64,000 bases of DNA from Eledone cirrhosa (lineage: Eukaryota), in the NCBI GenBank assembly GCA_964016885.1, contig OZ024741.1, positions 364,932,001-364,996,000 on the forward strand, in the 5' to 3' direction. The stretch's first letter is position 1. Every line of letters starts with the position of its first letter. The notes below the pieces were generated by a model. The model did not search any database. It was not told the origin of the DNA and saw only the letters and a program-made list of their open reading frames with translations. The translations under genes and the position numbers were made by a program. Shown here piece after piece: positions 1 through 11,363 of this stretch.

Positions 1-72
1 CCCAGGTGAGTGGACTGGAGCAACGTGAAATTAAGTGCCTTGCACAATGACAGAACGCGCCACCGGGTATCG
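1..72 (-). mobile_element. SINE fragment (family also at 9488-9772, 10322-10815, 59605-59826, 60227-60480)
   Basis: tggactggagcaacgtgaaa...aagtgccttgcacaatgacagaac matches the other copies in the window. Confidence 0.7.
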
Positions 73-93
73 TGTATGTATATATATACATAC

Positions 94-131
94 AAGTAAA
101 AAACAAAAACAATAACAAGGAGTGCAGTTAC

Positions 132-165
<34 letters not shown>

Positions 166-203
166 GTAACTGCACTCCTTGTTATTGTTTTTGTTTTTTA
201 CTT
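94..203. repeat. Perfect ~110 bp palindrome centred on (TA)n
   Basis: aagtaaaaaacaaaaacaataacaaggagtgcagttacgaa-(TA)n-ttcgtaactgcactccttgttattgtttttgttttttactt. Confidence 0.95.
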
Positions 204-205
204 TG

Positions 206-233
<28 letters not shown>

Positions 234-239
<6 letters not shown>

Positions 240-990
240 ATTAAATAAATGGAAACTATATTTATAAAACCATATTTATTTCGTTATATATATTTCAGGG
301 ATATCATATTAACAATATGTTATGCCATCTTCAGACAAAATACAATATAAACAGTCTTATAAATAAATAAATAGATACGACATACCTTTCAATCACCTTG
401 CATTTGGGAGGTTGATTTGGTAGTAAAAAATATTGTGGACATCTCTCTTTACATTAATACTAGAGCTAAATAAATAAATAAATAAATAAATAAATGTATC
501 AACCGATACTCAACTTCCAAATTTCTCTATCTATCTCTTTCTTTTTTCCTCTCTCTATATATATTTCTCTCTGTTTCTTTACATGAAGTTCTTCTCTTTA
601 TCTATCTTTCTATATCCCTCTATTTAGTCACATGCATTTCTTCTTTTTCTTCGTTTCTCTTTCTTTCTCTCTTTATCTCTTTCTTTTTACAACTATCCAC
701 AATATTTTTTACTACCAAATCAACCTCCCAAATGCAAGGAGATTGAAAGGTATGTCGTATCTATTTATTTATTTATAAGACTGTTTATATTGTATTTTGT
801 CTGAAGATGGCATAACATATTGTTAATATGATATCCCTGAAATATATATAACGAAATAAATATGGTTTTATAAATATAGTTTCCATTTATTTAATATCAT
901 AAATATACTCCAAATACTTGTTGAGTGCTTTTATATCAGTTATAAATATTTACTCGTTGTTAACCCAACAATTTAAATATAACTTTCCAT
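234..990. mobile_element. Penelope-like pseudo-LTR relic with ~205 bp inverted repeats (234-439 / 696-901), flanked by (TA)n
   Basis: Near-perfect inverted arms, each carrying a hammerhead motif; an inverted pLTR arrangement is typical of PLEs. Confidence 0.7.
794..857 (+). ncRNA. Type I hammerhead ribozyme motif (mirror copy at ~278-341, -)
   Basis: attttgt-CTGAAGA-stem II (catatt/aatatg)-GAAA-tatata-TA-acgaaat; stem I attttgt/acgaaat pairs. Confidence 0.7.
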
Positions 991-1900
991 ATATATATAT
1001 ATATATATATATATGATATGTGTGTGTGTATTCTATTATTCTATTATGTGTTCCAACCGATAGGCTAAGGCCATGCTAGGGCACTGACATATTTTTCCAA
1101 GAACATTTTTATTAAGATATAAATATTTGGTTATTTTATGAAGCCTTTGGAAATTTGAAATTTGAAAATATAGTCGCCACTACGCAGACAACTATAAAAT
1201 ATTTAATAACTACAAATAACAGTAGAATAGATCGGGTAAAGTACTCTTTTAATACGGGTAATGCAACGACACATCTCTCCTTTAAACGTGCTCATCCGGC
1301 CTTCAAAAGATGCGCAGTTCAATCCTCGCAGTTTTCTCTCCGCTCTTTCTGTCTCCAAGAGTACTTTACCTGATTCATAATTAACATCTTCTATTATAGT
1401 TACCTGCATTGTGGCAACTACATTTTAACATTTTCAACAAGGTATGTAATTAATCAATAATATCTAATGCTAGAATATTGTTTCCTGAGATTAATAAATA
1501 TCTCTCTCCCAAGAAAGTCTTTAGAATATTGATCTGATTCATATATATCTTTAGTTATGTTTCAATACATTCCAATATCGTATACACGTCACATCAATTC
1601 TGTTTATTTTATCAAAGTTTCTTGTCAGACTTGGCTGGCAGAATGCGATCTCTGACATAAAAATTATCGAATTGCTATTGTTATTTAGTTATTCAAAGTT
1701 CAATTAGCTGTCCACAGATATTGGGAGGATCTGTCATTCACAATATGGAAATAAGCTACAAAGTCAACGTTATGTCTCGTCTCGTCATGTTATTGCTATT
1801 TAAGGTCTCACAAAAGACTTCGTCTTCATTCAGTATTCCAATGATCTTCCCCTGTTTACAATATCCAAATAAACTACAAAGATAACACACACACACACAC

Positions 1901-1997
<97 letters not shown>

Positions 1998-2469
1998 TGT
2001 CTGTGTGCGTGTGTGTACATATATATGAGGATATACTGTATATAGACGTATATATGTATAAATAATCAAATAATCAAATAAATATATATATATATATATA
2101 TATAGCCGTCGAAACGGCTTGAGCTCAGCTGTCGGGGTCTTACTGGTTCCTATTACCCACTCTACTACCTCAAGTATTGAGTACTTTGGTGCGTTATGGT
2201 CCACCTGGTTCCTTACCACATTTCCTTCGTTATATATATATATATATATATATATAAATATATAAGTATGTATACGTACATACACATATGTATACAGACG
2301 TACACTATTATGTATATACATACGTACATGCACACGTATATATATGTACGTATGGGTTTACTGAACATTTATTATAATACTCGGTTTATTTGTAAACAAA
2401 CAGCCCGAATTAGTAGCCGTACAGTGTTCGGCAACCATCGTTGCCCTTTTGTTCAACACTGACAAAGGA

Positions 2470-2512
2470 ACGATGAACTAGTTTCTAGCTTATTAGCTGT
2501 CATCAGTATCGT
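2470..2512 (-). ncRNA. Minimal type I hammerhead ribozyme, copy 1
   Basis: acgata-CTGATGA-cagctaataagcta-GAAA-ctag-TT-catcgt; one stem I mismatch next to the core. Confidence 0.75.
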
Positions 2513-2897
2513 ATACCTTCCTGTCAGTCGATTGAATGTTTGAAAGTATATACTTTCCTTATGCATATTAACGGCTGAGCAGCCTAATTTGCATATCGAG
2601 TGAGTTAGTTGGCCGGGTGTACTGAAAACGATAAATGGAAAAAATGAAATTTCATTTCTCACTCTTAGTACGGCTGATACTTAAATATAAGTATGTATAC
2701 GTACGTACATATATGTATACAGACGTACACTAGTATGTATATACATACATGCACACATATATATATATGTATGTGTACGTATGGGTTTACCGAACATTAT
2801 TATAATACTCGGTTTGTTTGGAAACAAACATCCCGAATTAGTAGCCGTACAGTGTTCGGCAACCATCGTTGCCCTTTTGTTCAACACTGACTAAGGA

Positions 2898-2940
2898 ACG
2901 ATGAACTAGTTTCTAGCTTATTAGCTGTCATCAGCATCGT
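2898..2940 (-). ncRNA. Minimal type I hammerhead ribozyme, copy 2
   Basis: acgatg-CTGATGA-cAGCTaataAGCTa-GAAA-ctag-TT-catcgt; perfect 6 bp stem I; palindromic stem III AACTAGTT. Confidence 0.85.
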
Positions 2941-3046
2941 AACCTTCCTGTCAGTCGATTGAACGTTTGAAAGTATATACTTTCCTTATGCACATCGTTC
3001 CTTAGTCAGTGTTGAACAAAAGGGCAACGATGGTTGCCGAACACTG

Positions 3047-3428
3047 GCAGCATAGTGATATGGCCCTTTACGTTCTGAGTTCAAATCCCGCCGAAGTTAG
3101 CTTTGCCTTTCATCCTTGCTGGGTCGATAAAATAAAGCACCAGTAATTCACTGGGGTAAGAGCTGGCCTTGTACCAAAAGTAGAAACATTGTTATTATTA
3201 TTATTTGAGGGCGGTGAATTGGCAGTATCGGTAGAGAGTCGGACACCATGCTTCGCCGCACAGAGTTACGGCCCTTTACGCCCTGAGTTCAAATCCCACC
3301 GAAGTTAACTTTGCCTTTCATCCTTAAAGGGTCAATAAAATAATGTACCAGTAATGAACTGGGCTCGATTTTAATTGACTTTTCCTTCCCTCTTCATATT
3401 GCTGGCCTTGTGCCTAAAGTAGAAGCAA
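3047..3428 (+). mobile_element. Two adjacent tRNA-derived SINE copies (core gcctttcatcct...ggtcgataaaataaagtaccag, Meta-domain-like)
   Basis: A/B-box-like tggcagtatcgg and gagttcaaatccc; (TAT)n tail; more than 12 related copies in the window. Confidence 0.85.
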
Positions 3429-3720
3429 TTATTATTATTTTTTCATTTATCTAGCTTTCTGTTCATACGAGTTTTTACCAAGTCACAACCAGTCACCTTA
3501 AGAGACAATAAGGTCCGTCATTTTCAAGAAAAAAACACATACATACATATCTTTTGGTGTTTACGCTTGAGATGTACTTATATTGATAGAATCTTCCTCA
3601 GTATCTGGGCAGTACCCATTAGTACTATTGTATTGCTTCTGTATGTGGCTTTCCTGGGATTTGAGATAAGTAATCATTAGAGCCTTTAGCTGTCATTCCT
3701 AGCCAACACTAGTGTTGTTG

Positions 3721-4429
3721 TATATTATTTAGAAAACGTAAGAGAAACATAAGCAGAAGGACATTTCCCACTCACCGGCTGTCTTCTGTGGATCACTGAT
3801 GTTTCCAACGCAATGAAGACATCTCACCACAGTACTTTGGTAACTATCCGGGGGAAAAAACAAAAAAACAAAACAAAAACAAAACAGAGACGATAACGAC
3901 GAGAACTACAAAAAAAAAGAAGAAAACACAAAGGAGAAAAACACCGACTGAGAAGGGAAAAACACGAAACAGCAGTACATGTAAGTTGCAGTAACCGGAG
4001 AGAGAGAGAGGGTGAGAGAGAGAGAGAGAATATAATGCAGAGACCGAACATAAGTCCTGACTAACAGCACGAGGGAGAGAGAGAAAATCGACGTCTGATC
4101 ATAGCGAGAACAGGAGCAAAAAGGAAGCGACGAAGGAAAACAGAAGTAAGTGGGAGGGGGATTGGTAAGGGAGCAGAGAGAGGGGGAGAAAGGAGTTAGA
4201 TGGTGAGAGAAAAAGAGAATGGTTCTTTGTTTTTTTTCCCGGATAGCTAGCCCTCTTAGTTATCAACGCACTGTGGTGAGATGTAATGTCTTTAATGTGT
4301 CCGAAACATCAATAATCCATAGAAGACAGCTGATGAGTGTGAATTGTCCTGGTGTTTATGTTCGTGTTTCTCTTAGTTTTTCTAAATAATATATATTAGT
4401 TATCACACAGCGCCTTTGTCACTTTTTAA

Positions 4430-4435
<6 letters not shown>
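3721..4435. mobile_element. PLE-like non-autonomous element with diverged ~150 bp inverted arms; partial second copy at 5477-6004
   Basis: 3721-3870 is a diverged reverse complement of 4225-4395; purine-rich spacer; ends in (TA)n. Confidence 0.6.
4271..4337 (+). ncRNA. Candidate pseudoknotted (strand-scrambled) hammerhead with K-turn; further copies at 3771-3832 (-), 5477-5546 (-), 22365-22429 (-)
   Basis: All three core strands present (GATG-TA-ATGTCTT; GAAA-CATC; AAGACAG-CTGATGA) in non-circular order, with covarying helices between copies. Confidence 0.6.
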
Positions 4436-4505
<70 letters not shown>

Positions 4506-4512
4506 TATATAT

Positions 4513-4652
4513 ATATATCCAAAATTAAGATTAAGGGTTGTCATGTCTGATAGACATGCACCATATCCACCGTAGAATAAGCTCAAAGATTAGATCCGAG
4601 CATTACATGTCTCTCAGACATGACAACCCTTAATTTTAATTTTGGATATATA
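4513..4652. repeat. ~48 bp inverted repeat (hairpin element) next to (TA)n
   Basis: atccaaaattaagattaagggttgtcatgtctgatagacatg / catgtctctcagacatgacaacccttaattttaattttggat. Confidence 0.85.
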
Positions 4653-5086
4653 TACAGCCCCTTAATTGTTGAGCTAATTCAGTTGAATAGGCTCGGCTGC
4701 TATTTCTGGCTGTCGATGGTCCTATTCACACCACTGGGATGACGTTGTTCAACGAGTGTATTTAAAAAAAAATGCAACACGTGGTTCGAATCATTCACAG
4801 ATTTGCATTTGCTGTGTAAACACAGAAGGTTATTTTCTTCTACTTTGGTGAACATCCAAGAATTTAACTGCTGTGATTTACGGATTAATAGGTGAAATAT
4901 ATTTCTTACTTAAAGAAATATATACAAAGGAGATTAATCACTTTAAAAGGTATCTATATTTGAAGTTCTAGTCAAACTTTAATTAGTTACCTACCTAGCT
5001 ATGTGTGCTTACATTATTTACAAATTATTCCCTGTGATTGTTTCATGTATTTATTTTATATATATATATGTCAATCTATTTCTAGT

Positions 5087-5136
<50 letters not shown>

Positions 5137-5261
5137 CGTAAGATAAGAAAATTATAAAATTATAAAAAGATTATAAAATTGACTTACTTACTAAAATATC
5201 ACTTTCAACTAATTAGTTTCTGGAATGGAGTAAATATATTTTCCGAAGAACATATAGAAAA

Positions 5262-5302
<41 letters not shown>

Positions 5303-5406
5303 TAAAAGGAATTCCAACTTTGTATGATTAACTCGTTTTATTTACAATCCTTTAAAATTATAATGATATTATAATTAAATAATATGGTAGAATATTAAAT
5401 GTTAAT

Positions 5407-5445
5407 TGAACAAGTACTTTCATGCTTTCGCAATCTTCAGGTTCA
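5407..5445 (-). ncRNA. Minimal type I hammerhead ribozyme
   Basis: tgaac-CTGAAGA-tTGCgaaaGCAt-GAAA-gtac-TT-gttca; palindromic stem III AAGTACTT. Confidence 0.8.
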
Positions 5446-6121
5446 TATTCAGTGGTGACAGTCAAGTTTGCAATTTTCATCGGCTGTTTTCTGTGGATCG
5501 ATCACTGATGTTTCGAACGCAATAAAGACAGTACATCTCACCACAGTACTTTGGTAACTATCCGGGGAAAAAACAAAAAAAAACAAAACAAAAACAAAAC
5601 AGAGACGATAACGACGAGAACTACAAAAAAAAAAGAAAACTCAAAGGAGAAAAACACCGACTGAGAAGGGAAAAACACGAAACAGCAGTACATGTATGTT
5701 GCAGTAACCGGAGAGAGAGAGAGGGTGAGAGAGAATATAATGCAGAGACCGAACATAAGTCCTGACTAACAGCACGAGGGAGAGAGAGAAAATCGACGTC
5801 TGATCATAGCGAGAACAGGAGCAAAAAGGAAGAGACGAAGGAAAACAGAAGTGAGTGGGAGGGGGATTGGTAAGGGAACAGACAGAGGGGGAGAAAGGAG
5901 ATAGATGGTGAGAGAAAAAGAGAATGGTTCTTTGTTTTTTTTTCTAAATAATATTTATTAGTTATCACACGGCCCCTTTGTCACTTTTTAACTCATATAT
6001 ATATATTAATAAAAGGAATTCCAACTTTGTCTGATTTACTCGTTTTATTTACAATCCTTTAAAATTTATAATGGTATTAGAATGAAATAGTATGGTAGAA
6101 TATTAAATGTTAAGTGTTAAT

Positions 6122-6160
6122 TGAACAAGTACTTTCATGCTTTCGCAATCTTCAGGTTCA
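6122..6160 (-). ncRNA. Minimal type I hammerhead ribozyme (identical to 5407-5445)
   Basis: Same 39 nt, unchanged although the flanking repeat has diverged. Confidence 0.8.
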
Positions 6161-6199
6161 TATTTTGTGGTCACAGTCAAATTTGCAATTTTCAACTGC

Positions 6200-6740
6200 A
6201 TCGAATGGATTTAAGTAAAAAAATATTTAGAACATGTTTTCATTTAATGGAAACAAGGCAAATCAGCAACAAATATCATTGCACAATTGATGGAGAGTGG
6301 AATTAACAACGTTCCAGCAAATTCAACCATTTATCATAGGATGAAACAATTCAAAGATGGCAGTAGATCATCACTTATTGATGCTCCTCGTTCTGGCCAT
6401 CCTTTCATAACCACTATCCATGCCAACGTTCAACTCATTCAAAGTATCATTGATGCAGAACCAAAACAATCACTGCGTTGCATTGCACATGTTACGGGAA
6501 TAAACAAAGAAAATTTGTTTTCGCTTCATTAGAAGAAGTGGTAGATGAATCGTTGCACTGATTTCAGCAATTACCGAAATAACGGTTCCAGAAAGAGTTA
6601 AATGCTTTGTATAAACACTGTAAAGATGTTATTGCATTCAATGGAGATTATGTTTTGCAGAATGAATAAATTTTAGTTTCAATATGTTGTGCATCTTCAT
6701 TTAACGGGTTATTCTAAAGACTTTATTGCCACACCAAATA
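6200..6740 (+). pseudogene. Internally deleted mariner/Tc1 transposase relic
   Basis: STIYHRMKQFKDGSRSSLIDAPRSGHP (mariner HTH/GRP-like linker) and C-terminal CKDVIAFNGDYV. Confidence 0.75.
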
Positions 6741-7566
6741 TATATATACGAGAAGATAAATTAAATTAAATTTCGTTTGTGTAGATCAAATGGGGAAGCA
6801 AAATAAGTAAGGAAGATTGCTTACCAAATAGTTTTTTCTCAACGTGTTCCTTGTAGTGCGTATTATACGTATCGACCCCCCCCCCCACACTCTGACGGGG
6901 AGATCTCCAACCCACTTTGGGGTGGCTAAGAGATGTGTTCTCTTGTGAAAATGGGTATAGCTTTCATTATGTAGAATCTCCCTATTTTGCCTCATTTCTC
7001 CCAGTTTTGGGGCACTTTTTTTCATGGTATTCCCCATTTCGGTTTTTAGAGGTTGGCAGGTCTGCTTAAGGGTACGCATATCTACCGAATACTCAGTCAT
7101 TGATCCGTTAACTTCACGAGTACGTTGTTCCGTTGATCCAATAACTAGAACAGTCATTGTCGAAACCGACAGAGTTCCAGCCATCGATAATGTCATATGA
7201 AAGAATGACATAACAGTGTTATGCATGATATAAAAGTTTTATATTAGAACTGATAATGATCTTATGGACGACTGGATAACGACAGGTGACGGTTTGTTGA
7301 TAACATTTCTATTTAGGGTTGGTGCCATGTAGCTTAATTTAATTTATTTCCAGAAGCTCTCCGGATCGTGTTGCTTAAAGCAATTAATACAAATGTTACA
7401 CGGTTAAAACTCAATGATATTAAAACAGTTATCTTCATAAAATCTCAAGGAACGAAGATTCTCTCTCTGGTAATATTTTGCACGCCGTGCCAACGCAGGG
7501 GCTTCTACGTGGTCGCTCGACCTGTAAGAAATAGAAACCGCATGTTCGTTATCTTACATTCTAACT

Positions 7567-7856
7567 CAGACATGGGCAACCATTCTCGAAAAGAGGGCCG
7601 AATGAGATTTGGCTGATGTTTAGGCGGGCCGCAAGCGCTAATTTACATTAGTCCCCACATTAAAAAAAAGGCGTTAACTCAGGTTGTTTGGATTTTCTTC
7701 TTCAGAATTCGTACACGTTGTTTTCCTCGATCGTAAAAAAGATAGAAAGATAAATTACGACTGAAAAGTTTGGGTAAAAAAATCAGAACGATTTCACTTA
7801 GGTGACTTAGGCGAGCCATTTAGAAAGCTTCGTAGGCCGCAGGTTGCCCTTGACTG
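7567..7856 (+). mobile_element. hAT-type MITE, copy 1
   Basis: TIR cagacatgggcaac/gttgcccttgactg; 8 bp TSD ttctaact/ctctaact. Confidence 0.85.
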
Positions 7857-9063
7857 CTCTAACTTCTTAGAAAGAAGTAGGACTGACTGGATGATGTTTT
7901 TCTAGTTACAATATATCTGAATAGAAAGACAGGAAGGGCATGGCCATGGGGAAAACCTCTACGTAGTCACTGATCTGCGAGAAAAAGCAGCTAAATCTCC
8001 CTGAAATCACACCCTACTTTCTGAAAAAACAAAACAAAAACGAAGGCTACATTGAATAATGTAATCCTAGATACAGTATGTCGTGATAAAAAATGGAAAA
8101 ATGTTAGATGCAGTAGTAGTAGTAGTGTTAGTAGTAGTAGTAGTAGTAGGAGGAGGGGGAGGAGGAGGAGGGAGAGGAGTTATAACATTGTAAATAGACC
8201 CTGTCCTAGCAGATCAATGATTAAAGGCATTCCGGCTTTTCTTAATAAACAGAATAAATTGAGGGAAACAGGAGCTTCCATTTCTAGCAAGTCAAAAAAC
8301 CGCGCAGGGGATCAATTTTCTGTTTTTAGTGTTGTTACACGCAGCATTTATGTTGTTGTTTAGCTACAAGTGAACTTTGTTTGAATACGCCTTTGATAAA
8401 TTGCTTCCAGGCCCCTATCAACCCGATATGGACACAGCTACATTGTCCAGTCACGTTAGTTTTATGGAGAAGGTATAGTAGGGTGAAGGTTTAGTTTATA
8501 CTTCCGTGCCTATTGCGTGGTTGTGGTCAAGACGCTTAGCTGTCAAATCAGTAAATCTATCTTATTTGTTGCTGCTGCTGCTGCTGCTGTCGTTGGCTTT
8601 GTTGCTGTTGTTGTTGTTGTTGTGTTATTGTTGTAGTTTAGTTCTAAATTTTCTCTAACTGTACTATGATATTAGGTATATAAGACGTGAACATCTTACT
8701 TTTCCCTCTGAAACTGTGTATCAGAGGAGTAGATTAGCAGAAGATTAGATGTTTTTTAAGTGAGATTTGCTTACTATATCCAGCAAATCGATCAATGACG
8801 TACTTGTTTCTACGTCGGCTCCTTTGTCAAATAGTTTAGTATATCGGAGATGTTGTTAGTGTTGCAGATTAGGCCCAGGCCAGTTTTGATCGAGTAAACA
8901 GATTATCAAATGCGTCTTAACTTTGGCTATCCCGCCTGCTTGTTGAGTTTATACACATTCAGGCCTTCATTATCCAATGTGTCCTTCAGTTTTTAAGACG
9001 GTTGGTTGTGATTTGAAAAAAGATTTGGTTGCTATTACTATCAGGTCGTGTGTGTACCTAGAA

Positions 9064-9353
9064 CAGGCATCGGCAACCTTTTTCGAGAAGCGGGGCGCAT
9101 GAGATATGACTCATCATCAGGTGGGCCGCAAGCGCTAATTTACATTCGTGCTCATATTAAAAGAAGAGCGGCAACTCAGGTTGTTTTGATTTGTTTCTTC
9201 AGAATTCGTACACGTTGTTTTCCTCGATCGTAAAAATGATAGAAAAATAATTTACGACTGAAAATTTTGGGTAAAAAAATCAGAAAGATTTCACTTAGGT
9301 GACTTAGGCGAGCCATTCAGAAAGGTTCGCGGGCCGCAGGTTGCCCATGACTC
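9064..9353 (+). mobile_element. hAT-type MITE, copy 2
   Basis: Same family as 7567-7856; perfect 8 bp TSD acctagaa. Confidence 0.9.
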
Positions 9354-9487
9354 ACCTAGAAGCTCATTTGCTGACCCATAATGCAATGAAATATTAATAG
9401 TTTTATGTTTTAATAATTCTATTTTGGAAGGTGTCTTATGTATCTAAATGCGGTGTATTCTATGTGTGTATAATAGTCTAAATCTAA

Positions 9488-9772
9488 TGTCCGTCTCAAG
9501 TCCGGAGGATCATCAGGCCGGTGTTTATCCCGGTTTCCATGGCGTTAAGAGACTGAGAGTACAATACGGCCCCCAACCGCTAGAAAGGATGCCAGTCCAT
9601 CGCAGGGTTAAACTCCCAGCTATTACTGGTACTCATTTTCAGTTGAGTATACTGGAGCAACATAAAATGAAGTGTTTTACTCAAGAACACAACACACAAC
9701 CCAGTCCAGGAATTGAACCCACAACGTTATGGTCATAAGTCCAACACCTTTACCACTAGGCCACGCGCCTCC
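9488..9772 (-). mobile_element. tRNA-headed SINE
   Basis: Minus strand ggcgcgtggcctagtggtaaaggtgttggac...gggttcaattcc (A and B boxes). Confidence 0.85.
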
Positions 9773-10430
9773 ATGTATGTATAATAGGCACAGGCATGAA
9801 TGTTAAGAGTTTTGCTTCGCAGTCATTAGGTCTGGGATTTGAACGTACTGTAAGGTATTTTGAACACATATCTGTAACATAGGCTCGTGTCGAACATTAG
9901 GAGTATGTAGTGTGAATGTATGCTTCTGAATTAATAAGAAATAAGGGACAAGTCACTCCACACGGTGAGCAAATTAAACAGATGATATCAAAATTGTCTT
10001 ATACATTTTTGTTAATTTAAAGCTGTTATCTAAATAGCAGTTTAAATAATGCACACAAGAAAACAACAAAAATGCAACATGTAACCATTAAAATATAGCT
10101 AGTAAATAGTGAACGGTGATTGGCCAGTTTTGAGAACGCCTATTTTAATCACCAAGTTTGCAAATAATTAAATATTTAACATTTTCATATTTCTATGTTA
10201 TCAGTTTAAATTGTTCAGTTCATTTGAGGCAGGAACATTACGCGATGATTATTGTTGCCTTTTGACGTGGCAGCTGCCGTCGGAATATGGTGGAATGGAA
10301 TGAAAAGAAATGGAAATGGATCCCCGTCTGTTTCGGCGATGAGTTTTGGAGTCTATGGATCAACAGAATAGTTTGCTCGTGACACTAACGAGCAAATGGC
10401 CGAGTATTCCGCAGACACGCGTACCCTTAA

Positions 10431-10651
10431 CCCTTTAGCATTTACATTACTCTATATTTACTATTGTATTTTCACGGTAAAGGCTTTATCTCACATAATT
10501 ATCTCACATAATATCGAATGTATGATATTTTGAAATTATTTGTTTTGAGAACAATACCTTAACATCAGTATGAGTGGTCAGTTACGGAGGATTTCAACAG
10601 AAATACATGACTGAATTCTGGCTGGATACAGCCAGTTTAAATACTAAAGGG
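10431..10651. mobile_element. piggyBac-type MITE nested in a SINE (10322-10815)
   Basis: TTAA-ccctttagcattt...aatactaaaggg-TTAA; the empty site gtacccTTAAcgtag is seen in the SINE copy at ~60325. Confidence 0.9.
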
Positions 10652-11306
10652 TTAACGTAGTTCTTTGGGAGATTAAATGCGACATTATGTGTGACAGGAC
10701 CAACCCTTTGAGTTACAAATACAACCCATTTCGTTTCAGTTGAATGAACTGGAGCAACGGAAAATAAAGTGTCTTGCTCAAGGACACATCACACTGCCGG
10801 GAATGGAAATCACGACCGTTAGCTGTATTTAGAAATATGCAATATGAGGGTTCTATTCCGAGAAATTTCCTCAATCTAAGAATCTACAAAAATGTGTAAC
10901 ACTTTAGAGTAAAGTGAAAACGAAGGAACATCTAATCGATCAATGTGAATGAGAAGTAAAGTAAAAAACAGCAATAAATACTACTTATAGAGGGGAAATT
11001 AAATATTTCTCATTTTTTATCGTTTAGTCAGACGACCATTACTTGTCACTATTACTTGTGAGAAATAAGCCACAAATATATAAAAAAAAAAAAAAAAATC
11101 AAAACAAATCATCTACCAAGAACTATCACTCACTATAGTGATTACAAATGAATAAAAGTGAGTCACAATAAAATATTCGAGAACATTCTACCAAAATATA
11201 TTGTAATTTGGGCCATTTAAGAATAGTCTGCAGGCAAGCAGAATCAGAGGAGTGCGTAGGCGAAAATATAGAAAATATTTATACAAACAGGACACAACCT
11301 GTCTTT

Positions 11307-11363
<57 letters not shown>

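Larger units (their letters stand above)
2257..3046 (-). mobile_element. Two-unit tandem (period 428 bp) hammerhead-bearing non-autonomous PLE/retrozyme-like repeat with terminal inversion
   Basis: Direct repeat 2257-2565 / 2683-2992; segment 2993-3046 is the reverse complement of 2850-2903. Confidence 0.75.
5299..6194 (-). repeat. ~185 bp direct repeats (5299-5479, 6005-6194), each with a hammerhead, flanking a copy of the 3721 element
   Basis: attaataaaaggaattccaactttg...gcaattttca occurs twice. Confidence 0.85.

Noticed and set aside
1155-1830. Short ORFs in unique sequence
   Set aside because: No recognisable domain
9700-9772. tRNA gene
   Set aside because: Degenerate cloverleaf continuous with a SINE body
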